In this document: piece after piece, positions 1 to 10,900 of the stretch
Numbering within the stretch: position 1 is the stretch's first letter
Layout of the letters: each line of letters starts with the position of its first letter
Assembly (NCBI RefSeq): GCF_006345805.1
Contig: NC_043015.1
Span: forward strand, 45,818,001 to 45,882,000
Direction of reading: 5' to 3'
Length of the DNA stretch: 64,000 nucleotides
From: Octopus sinensis
Lineage: Eukaryota
Made by a program: the position numbers and the translations under genes
The notes under the pieces: model-generated
Told to the model about the DNA's origin: nothing
Database searches by the model: none
Seen by the model: only the letters and a program-made list of their open reading frames with translations

Positions 1-362
1 TCACCCATAATTATAACCCTAGTATCGATCTATTGCATTTCAATCTGTTTTAGGGTTAGGGTTAGGGTGGGGGGAAGGTAGGTATTTTTTTCTTTAGAAA
101 TGTAAATAAACCCAATCTGTTCTTAAACGAGGGACTATTCATACGGCACAGAATGTTTTCATCTCAATAGACGTCATTGGTTGGTTGAAATTGCAGAAAT
201 TGAAGAAAAAAACAACAAATATCTTACAAACGTATAGAATTTTCTCAATAAAGCCAAGAGAAAAAGATGTTTTATAAACACATTCTACCAGTATACGAAG
301 TTTAAAAGTGTTTAGTTACGTGGAAATTATGTTAAAAACTGCCGTTCAAACAGAAAACACCC
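1..362 (+). mobile_element. Merlin-like MITE with internal TTAGGG repeats, 5' end outside window
   Basis: Near-identical to copies at 41163, 48587, 53503, 60220 and 61077; ends in a degenerate TIR aaaactgccgttcaaacagaaaacaccc. Confidence 0.8.
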
Positions 363-824
363 GAAAAAATATCTATTTAGTCACACTTGAAAATATTAAT
401 TCCAAATTAAGTAGAGTCAACTGTTAATTATCTGATTTTTTTTCTGTCATGGGAGAAAGCTTCTCTGTATACGCTGTGTGTCCAATAACACAAATGATCC
501 ATCCTTTCACCGATGTTATCCAATGATGGAAAATAACAACGATCAGACATTCACATTCAAATCTGCCAGACGTTTTGAAGAAGGAATAGAAACGCTGTTA
601 TTCGGATTCTCGCTCTTCTCCGTGTAGCTCATGAATTTTTACTGGAAAAATATTTCAGGATGTTACCGCATTACAAGGGGAAATAACTCAGTTAACAGCG
701 TGGAAGCGAGGTAACTCGGTAAATTCCACCGTTCGATGAAGTTTAATGAAATGTTTCCGAAATGTTTCCAGCGGTTGAATTGAATTCCCTCGTTACTCAG
801 ATACGAAGAATTTGACGTGCAATA

Positions 825-988
825 TGTGTGGTAAGTAGCTTGCTTACCAACCACATGGTTCCGGGTTCAGTCTCACTGCGTGGCACCCTTGGGCAAGTGT
901 CTTCTACTATAGCCTCGGGCCGACCAAAGCCTTGTGAGTGGATTTGGAAGACGGAAACTGAAAGAAGTCCGTCGTATATATGTATATA

Positions 989-1057
<69 letters not shown>

Positions 1058-1370
1058 CACACACATATATATATTGTTGTTGTTGTTGGTATCCTTTTTG
1101 TCTCATATATATATGTATGTATATATATATATGAGTGTGTGTATGTGTGTGTGTATATGTTGTGTATCTGTGTTTGTCCCCCCAACATCGCTTGACAACC
1201 GATGCTGGTGTGTTTACGTCCCCGTACCTTAGCGGTTCGGCAAAAGAGACCAATAGAATAAGTACTAGGCTTACAAAGAATAAGTCCTGGGGTCGATATG
1301 ATTCGACTAAAAGCGGTGCTCCAGCATGGCCGCCGTCAAATGACTGAAACAAGTAAAAGAGAGAGTAAGA
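825..1370 (+). mobile_element. tRNA-derived SINE family A (internal TA/TG microsatellite)
   Basis: gtggtaagtagcttgc...gggttcagtc head; shared tail cagcatggccgc...gactgaaacaagtaaaaga; many copies in the window. Confidence 0.85.
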
Positions 1371-1580
1371 GTATTGCCTCCCATAATATAGAAACATTTG
1401 TCATGGCGCCAGCAGAGAAACTGGAAAGGAGGATGGCGAGGGAGATGCACTGGAACAACCACTCTGACACCCATCTCTGCTCTGATAGTGTTGAGCAGGG
1501 ATATGGTCTGGGGACCAAGGGTGCTGGAGGTCTCTCAATCGCCACAGGTTCGAGCATAAACCTGGCAGAAAGCGACCGAT

Positions 1581-1991
1581 ACTCTTTCTCTATTTACTTG
1601 TTTCAGTCATTTGACTGCGGCCATGCTGGAGCACCACCTTTAGTTGAGCAAATCGACCCCGGGATTTATTCTTTGTAAGCCCAGTACTTATTCTATCAAT
1701 CTCTGTTGCCGAACCGCTAAGTTACGGGGACGTAAACACACCAGCATCGGTTGTCAAGCGATGTTGGGGGGGGGGGACAAACACAGACACACAAACATAT
1801 ACACACACATACATATATATATACATATATATGACAGGCTTCTTTCAGTTTCCATCTACCAAATCCACTCACAAGGCATTGGTCGGCCCAAGACTATAGC
1901 AGAAGACACTTGCCCAAGATGCCACGCAGTGGGACTGAACCCGGAACTATGTGGTTGGTAAGCAAGCTACTTACCACACAGCCACTCCTGC
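1581..1991 (-). mobile_element. SINE family A
   Basis: Reverse complement of the family A sequence; inverted relative to 825-1370. Confidence 0.85.
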
Positions 1992-2951
1992 ATACCTGCA
2001 CAGTTTTTTTTTTTCTCAGCCTGACGAGTAGCAAAGCTTGGGGCTGGTAGCTGACAACATCAAGTCGGCATTGAAGAAGTTGTCACAACATGTGACATCC
2101 CTGTGGAGGGGGCCTACTGTCAAGGAACAGGAAAATTATCATACTGTCCGGCCTTTTACTGACCGTTCGGTCTAGCCCCGCTGGGTCGAAGGTTAGTCTG
2201 CGGCGTCTGGGCCATGCTTTATGATCTTGTTAAGGGCAGCATGGCACAGAAGGTGGAATAGACACGATAAAAATGAAGGGTAAGTGTTGGTTGATCTCTC
2301 TGTCACTCTTAGGCCTCTTGATTCCGTCACCACCACCACCACCAATTTGTAGTTTCGAGATTTTGATGGTGTAATTGTTATTTTTTAGAATGATGTTGTA
2401 GGGTAGGTGTGAGAGGCCGGATCCAGCCAGTTTGAACATAAAACGAGGTAGAACATTTGGTCTGGATATGGCTTGGTTCAAATGCTAAAGGGTCTTAGAC
2501 TATGATGCAAAACAGCTGATTCTGTTTAATATTAAAACAACTGACTTAGTTCCAAGATACATCTCACCGATGCTCTGCAGATACATCAGCATTGATAATT
2601 TCTGGAGTCTTGAGATGGGGCAGGGGGGGGGGGAGGGGCGTCCCTCAAGAATCCCTGGATACCTACAACGGCCCATTCTCAGAAAATCTGGAAACACCAG
2701 ATTCATGGCTGATTGGGTCCACAGGGTCAAATCCTTGTCCGGTAGTGGATCGATCCCAAAATCTAATCAGTTCGTGGCAGTAATGAGGCCCAACATCCCT
2801 GAAAGTTTCATCTGAATCCATCCAGCGGTTCTTTTAACATCAAATCCCCATCTCTCTCCCTCCCTCTCTCACCTAGTTGATCTAGCCAGGGTTGGGACCA
2901 AGTCCCAGCTTGCATCCCAGGTTGCATCAAACCACTGGTTTGCCTTTCTGC

Positions 2952-3366
2952 GGTGGCGAGCTGGCAGAAACGTTAGCACGCCGGGCGAAATGCTTAGCGG
3001 TATTTCGTCTGCCGCTACGTTCTGAGTTCAAATTCCGCCGAGGTCGACTTTGCCTTTCATCCTTTCGGGGTCGATAAATTAAGTACCATTTACGCACTGG
3101 GGTTGATATAATCGACTTAATTCGTTTGTCTGTCCTTGTTTGTCCTCTCTGTGTTTAGCCCCTTATGGGTAGTAAAGAAATAGGTATTTCGTCTGCCGCT
3201 ACGTTCTGAGTTCAAATTCCGCCGAGGTCGACTTTCCCTTTCATCCTTTCGGGGTCGATAAATTAAGTACCAGTTATGCACTGGGGTTGATATAATCGAC
3301 TTAATTCGTTTGTCTGTCCTTGTTTGTCCTCTCTGTGTTTAGCCCCTTATGGGTAGTAAAGAAATA
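2952..3366 (+). mobile_element. tRNA-derived SINE family B, dimer (head + 2 body units)
   Basis: A-box-like tggcagaaacgttag, B-box gagttcaaattcc, junction gaaata|ggtatttc at ~3182; flanked by ggtttgcc(c)tttctgc on both sides (TSD). Confidence 0.88.
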
Positions 3367-3566
3367 GGTTTGCCCTTTCTGCCCAAAGTCACCTAGTGGC
3401 CATCTCCACAGCTGGTATAATGGCATTTATGTCCCTTCTTTTTGCCATGTCAATAACTCCAAGACTTGTGGAGGAGGTGAATTAGTGTTCTGCCCTTACT
3501 GCCATCATACATTGTCCTCAAAAATTCCTTTTTATTGAAGGTTATATTTTATTCTTTTATTCTCAG

Positions 3567-3767
3567 AGCCAGCTCATTACAAGCAAAGGTTATCCATGTG
3601 AAGATCACACAGTTCTCACCGAAGATGGCTTCTATTTGGAAATGCAAAGAATTCCTCATGGAATCAAAAACCAGGACACGAAAAAAGTCAGGCCAGTCGT
3701 ATTCTTGCAACATGGAGTTCTGGGATCTTCGACCAATTTCTTAACAAATCTGCAAATGAATCTCTAG
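3567..3767 (+). CDS. Lipase exon A ([32 protein letters not shown]...[25 protein letters not shown])
   Basis: Acceptor ttttattctcag, donor g|gtatgg. It is 201 nt but needs 202 to join exon B in frame. Confidence 0.9.
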   Translation, partial: SQLITSKGYPCEDHTVLTEDGFYLEMQRIPHGIKNQDTKKVRPVVFLQHGVLGSSTNFLTNLQMNL

Positions 3768-4139
3768 GTATGGTTCTTTAATCACACATATATATATATA
3801 TACATGCACACACACATACACACACACACACACTGATACATATACATACATAGATACACACACAAACAGTAACATAGTAAACTAGTATACATCTTATAGT
3901 AGTTGTAATTGAGAATCATAATCCATACAAACAGTGCCATTTGTGTTCAATTTTCTTTGCAACCATATCTGGTCAAGGGACAAAAATTTTACCTTGTTTC
4001 AAAATAAGTGCAGGTTGGTAGCAGGAAGGGCAACCAGCTTTAGAAAATCTGCTTCAATGAATTCCATCTAACCTGTGCAAGCCTTGAAAAGTGAATGTTA
4101 AAATGATGATGATGATGATGATGATGGGTATCTATTTAT

Positions 4140-4171
<32 letters not shown>

Positions 4172-5535
4172 TTAGCGTCCGCTTTCCATGCTACCATGGG
4201 TTGGACAGTTCAACTGGGGTCTGGGAAGCCAGAAGGCTGCACCAGGCTCCAATCTGATCTGGCAGAGTTTCTACAGCTGGATGCCCTTCCTAACGCCAAC
4301 CACTCCGAGAATGTAGTGGGTGCTTTTTACGTGCCACTGACACAGGTGCCTTGAGGCTGGCAGCAGCCACGATCGGTTGGTGCTTTTTACGTGCCACCGG
4401 CACAGAAGCCAGTCAAGGCGGCGCTGGCGTCGGCCACGTTCAGATGGTGCTTTTTACGTGCCACCGGCACAGGTATCACAATTGCTATTCCATTTGATAT
4501 TTATTTCGATGTTTATGTACTTATATATATATAAGCAAAACAATCAAACACTGAGATTTGAAATCAGATGTCACTACTGTTCATATCATCTGTGAATAAA
4601 TTTTAAAATTGATGATATCACCACCAGTGACATAGGTGGATTGCAGGCGCAATAGCATTAAATAGCTATGAATTATAAATTTGTACGAAGCGTAAGGCTG
4701 CTTAACAAGCATCCATCTGCTAGAAAAAAAGACCTAAAGTCTTAAATGTATCCACCGTACCGTACCAAGATAACAGAGAAAAACAGTATGTGAGGAAAAC
4801 AGGAAATCCCTTTGTCTGTCCTTGTTTGTCCCCTCTGTGTGTAGCCCCTTGAGGGCAATAAAGAAATAAGAAACGTTAGCATGCTGGGCAAAATGCTTAG
4901 TGCAATTTCGTCTGTCTTTACATTCTGAGTTCAAATTCCGCTGAAGAAGGCTTTGCCTTTCATCCTTTCGGGGTCGATAAATTAAGTACCAGTTGTGTAC
5001 TGGGGTCGATCTAATCGACTGGCCCGCTCCCCAAAAATTTCGGGCTTTGTGCCTAGAGTAGAAAAGAATATTAGTAGTGTATTGTCCTGAAATTATATAA
5101 TCTATACACACACACACAGATACGCCATATATGATTGTATATATATGTGTGTGTGTGTGTGTGCATATGTCATCATTTAATTCATTAAATGATATACACA
5201 CACACACACACATATATATGTATACACACACACACACACATATATATGTATACACACACATATATATATATATACCAGGTTAGCCAAAGTCACCTGGCAG
5301 TAAACCAAAATTCCATAATTACTTAATATTCAATTTTATTTATTCATTCCAATTATGAATGTTTAATAATTAAATTCTGTGAGTTAAAATCACCATTTTT
5401 TTTTTTCAACATTTCTCTATTTATTAGTGAAGTCCTCATATCAAAAATTTTTTTTGTTTTAATCTTGAAATTAAATGCTTTTGATTTACTGTCAGGTGAC
5501 TATTGGCCAACCCTGTATATATGCATATAAGTGTG

Positions 5536-5572
<37 letters not shown>

Positions 5573-6263
5573 ATTAATTTACAGATAGTAGACCCCTCCA
5601 TCTCATCAAATAAAAGGAATTTTTATTTTTATTTTAAATACCTACTGTATTATTACTTGGCCAAGTAATAAAACAGTAGGTATTTAAAATAAAAATAAAA
5701 ATTCCTTTTATTTGATGAGATGTAGGGGTCTACTATCTGTAAATTAAAATATATTTCTTCATTGAGAATACTTTGAACCCCTGTTATGCCGGAATTTTTA
5801 TTCCCTAAAAAATAATATGTATATATTTGTACATATTTATATATATATTTTTGCATAATATGTATATACACTAACTTGCATACATACATGCATGCATACT
5901 GATATTTTACCCAGGTATATTTCTTCCTTTCTATATGCAGCCTTCATTTTAGCTGATGCTGGTTATGATGTCTGGCTTGGCAATTCCCGTGGAAATACAT
6001 ATGGGCGCCGCCACATTTTGTATCCAACTTCCAGTGCCATGTTTTGGAGATGGAGGTGAGTCATTGGAAATAACGACTATTTCTCTTTCTCTCCCATTGT
6101 TAACGACTCTACACTTTTAGCACCTGTATTCCGTTACCTGCCTCTACAAAAAACGAACAGAAAATTTGAGAAAAAAAAATTATGATTAATAAATGATTTA
6201 TTAATATTTTTCAATCAGCATGCATGCATGCATGCATGTATGTATGTATGTATGTATGTATGT

Positions 6264-6302
<39 letters not shown>

Positions 6303-7902
6303 ATATATATTTATTTATCTATTTTTATTTATTTATTTACCTTTGCTTGTGTTTTTTTTTCTTTTTCTCCTCCAGTTTTGACCATATGGCTGCATTTGAC
6401 TTACCAGCATCTTTGGACTATGTTACCAACGTAACAGGCCAGGAGAAGCTGTATTATGTGGCGCATTCGCAAGGATCACTTATAGGCTTTTTAGCTTTCT
6501 CTGAGAATCAAACATTGGCCAAGAAGGTTTGTGTTCCTGAAATGTTTTTCCTAAGTTCAGTTCCGAAAACTCAAATAACCACACAGGTGCAGGCATGGCT
6601 GTCTTACATAACATCATGAATTTAGAAATGTCCTGTAACATGTCTGGTGTGTTTCCACATCTGCTAGATGTGGCTTGTTTTTCAGTTGAAAATAATTTGT
6701 TGCAGAAAAGAATGCAAAAACTGAGTGACACAAGCTGTGTCTATGCTAGAGACTAACAGACAGCATTTCACCACAATCACTCAACTAATTTTTTTACCTT
6801 ATCATCATCATCATCTTTGTATCTATCTACATATTGGACACTAAACTCTGCTTGCGAAGACCAGTTGAGGCAAGTGAAATCGAAGTTGAAATCAAACTCA
6901 GTGACTGACATCCGTTGCTAGTGGAGCACTAAGAGTACCATATGAGTGGGATCGTTGCCAGAGCAACAAACTGGCCTTCGTGCTGACGGCATGTTAAACA
7001 CACCATTCGAGCGTGATTGTTATCGCGTTGCCTTACAAGCACTTGTGCTGGTGGCACGTGAAACATTCGAGTGAGGTCGTCGTCAGTGCTGCTGGACTGG
7101 CTCCTGTGCAGGTGGTACGTAAAAAGCATCATTTGGACGTGGCCGTTGCCAGTACCACCAAACTGGCCCTCGTGCCAGTGGCACGTAAAAGCACCCACTA
7201 CACTCTCAGAGTTGTTGGCGTTAGGAAGGGCATCCAGCTGCAGAAACTCTGCCAGATCAGATTGGAGTCTGGCGCAGCCATCTGGTTGCCAGTCCTCAGT
7301 CAAATCGTCCAACCCATGCTAGCATGGAAAGCGGACGTTAAATGATGATGATGATACACACACACACACACTGAAATATACTTACACACACACACTCACA
7401 CACATACACATATATATATATACTCTTACTCTTTACTCTCTCTTTTACTTGTTTCAGTCATTTGATTGGGGCCATGCTGGAGCACCGCCTTTAGTCGAGC
7501 AAATCGACCCCAGGACTTATTCTTTGTAAGCCTAGTACTTATTCTATCGGTCTCTTTTGCCGAACCGCTAAGTTACGGGGACGTAAACACAACAGCATCG
7601 GTTGTCAAGCAATGCTGGTGGGGACAAACACAGACACACAAACACACACACACATATACACATATACATATATAGACGGGCTTCTTTCAGTTTCCGTCTA
7701 CCAGATCCACTCACAAGGCTTTGGTCGGCCGAAGGCTATAGTAGAAGACAAAACTAACTTACATTTATATTTTTACTTCTAGATAAAATTAATGGTAGCG
7801 CTTGGCCCCGTGTATACAGTCGGGCATATTACCAGCAGTGTCAGATTTGCTACAATAATTGATGACAAGGTAAGATAATTAAATTTCCCACACAGTATGT
7901 GC

Positions 7903-7953
<51 letters not shown>

Positions 7954-10900
7954 ATGTATGTGCATGCACACGTGCGTGTGCAGACATATGCAGATGTGTA
8001 TGTATATGTGCATGTGTACATGCATTCGTGCATGTATGTGTATGTGCATGCACATATGTGTGTGTGTGTGTGTGCATGTACATATGTGTGTGCACATGTA
8101 TGTGCATGTGTGCATGCACACATGTGTGAGTGAGCAGGCATGTGCACATGCATTCATGAATGTGTGTACATGCATATGCATGTGAATATGCACATGCATG
8201 TATATATGTGTGCATGTATACATGTATATATGTGTGCATGTATATATGTATATATGTGTGCATGTATATATGTATATATGTGTGCATGTATACATGTATA
8301 TATGTGTGCATGTATATGTGTATATATGTGTGCATGTATATATGTGTGCATGTATACATGTATGTATGTATACATGTATACATGTATGTATGTATACATG
8401 TATATATGTGTGCATGTATACATGTATGTATGTATACATGTATATATGTGTGCATGTATATATGTGTGCATGTATATATGTGTGCATGTATATATGTGTG
8501 CATGTATATATGTGTGCATGTATACATGTATATATGTATGCATGTATATATGTGTGCATGTATATATGTGTGCATGTATATATGTGTGCATGTATATATG
8601 TGTGCATGTATATATGTGTGCATGTATACATGTATATATGTGTGCATGTATATATGTATATATGTGTGCATGTATATATGGTGCATGTATACATGTATAT
8701 ATTGTGTGCATGATATATGTGTGCATGTATACATGTATATATGTATACATGTATATATGTGTGCATGTATATGTATATATATGTGCATGTATATATGTGT
8801 GCATGTATATATGTGTGCATGTATACATGTATATATGTGTGCATGTATATATGTGTGCATGTATACATGTATATATGTGTGCATGTATACATGTATATAT
8901 GTGTGCATGTATATATGTGTGCATGTATACATGTATATATGTGTGCATGTATACATGTATATATGTGTGCATGTATACATGTATGTATGTATACATGTAT
9001 ATATGTGTGCATGTATATATGTGTGCATGTATATATGTGTGCATGTATATATGTGTGCATGTATACATGTATATATGTGTGCATGTATACATGTATATAT
9101 GTGTGCATGTATATATGTGTGCATGTATACATGTATATATGTGTGCATGTATATGTGTGCATGTATATATGTATATATGTGTGCATGTATATATGTGTGC
9201 ATGTATACATGTATATATGTGTGCATGTATATATGTGTGCATGTATACATGTATATATGTATACATGTATATATGTGTGCATGTATATATATGTGCATGT
9301 ATATATGTGTGCATGTATATATGTGTGCATGTATACATGTATATATGTGTGCATGTATATATGTGTGCATGTTTACATGTATATATGTGTGCATGTATAT
9401 ATGTGTGCATGTATACATGTATATATGTGTGCATGTATATATGTGTGCATGTATATATGTGTGCATGTATACATGTGTGCATGTATACATGCATGCATGT
9501 ATGCATGTATATATGTGTGCATGTGTGTGTGTGCATGTGTGTGTGTGCATGCATGTGTGAATTTACTCTGCTTCATCCTCAAGCTATCAAACATGAGCTA
9601 ATCCTTTCTGTATTGTTTAATTTCTACCTGCAGGTATTATTCGATATATTTGGAAGGAAGTCTTTCTTACCTGAGAACCTAATCATCTCAACAGTTGCCA
9701 AAACAGTTTGCAGAGCTCGAAGGCTCAACTTTTTGTGCAAAGAAGCCATTAGGATTGCTGCAAACTTTGATAATCAGTACATGAATTCGGTAAGTATTCT
9801 CACCTTTCGTTCTTTTACTGGTTTTTCAATGTTGAGCAAGGTGACTCATCTCACGTCACACCTGTCCATTCTCACCTGTAAATGAGTAACTCTGCTGTGA
9901 TGGACCAGTTTCTCATTAGGATCATGGATACTTATGCACCATGGGAACTGCGTAACTGATATGATGTGTCTTGAGACTTCAGGCAAAACTAACTTATATT
10001 TATATTTTTAATTCTACATATATTTTTTAATAATATATTATTATTATTAATAAAGAAAATTAATATTCAAACTCATCATAACGATATATATCGTTATTAT
10101 GATTTTGGATATTGATTTTCTTCATTAATAATAATAGTATATTATTAAAAAATATATCTATATATCGCTCATATTAAATATATAAATACTTTAATAGTAC
10201 GTTTATATATTTGTTTTGCAAGATTTTTTATGTGAAGACGTGTGTTGAAACAGATATTGTTGTATTTCGGAATGGTCATTTTGCCAGTTTAGCCAATAAA
10301 AATACACACACTATATATTTGGTGTTACTTATTACTTCAGTGTTATTTATTTTTTACATTAATCGTAATCTTATTTCGGCCAGAGTTCTTTCGTCACACT
10401 CCTGTGACTGCATCAGTGGTCCTTTGTTTTCTTCTTTCTTATTTGTGTCTCCCTTTACTAAATGTCAGCCATTTTGTATTTCTATTGTATGTCTTCATTT
10501 GCGCATGCTTATATCTCTATGTGCGTCTATGTTTATTTAGTGTGTGTGTGTGTGGGGGGGATGCCTGTAATATATAGTGCGTGTGTTTTTATTGGCTAAA
10601 CTGGCAAAATGACCATTCCGAAATATAAAAATACTTTAATAGTATTAATATTTTTATACAATGGAGCACTCAATATAAATTCAGTATATAATATTCTTAT
10701 TGAATATATTTACCTAAAGATTTATATTTTTAGTTCTAGATAAAAATAATGGTAGCGCTTGGCCCCGTGTATACAGTCGGGCATTGTGGTCATAAATGGA
10801 CATCAGCTTCAAAAGTTTTGTCGGTCATATTAGTACCTAGTACATTTTTTTCCCTGTTTGATACTCTTTTTATTGTTATATTTCGGAATGGTCATTTTGC

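Noticed and set aside
49-80. Telomere or chromosome-fusion scar (TTAGGG)
   Set aside because: The repeats are an internal part of a MITE present six times in the window.
363-3566. Search for the lipase signal-peptide/start exon
   Set aside because: No exon with a hydrophobic leader or DPE..MN-like end and a phase-0 donor was found; it is probably upstream of the window.
7850-9601. Very long ORFs (up to 581 aa) on both strands
   Set aside because: They are translations of a stop-free RY minisatellite; only the end of 8140..9885 overlaps real exon E.
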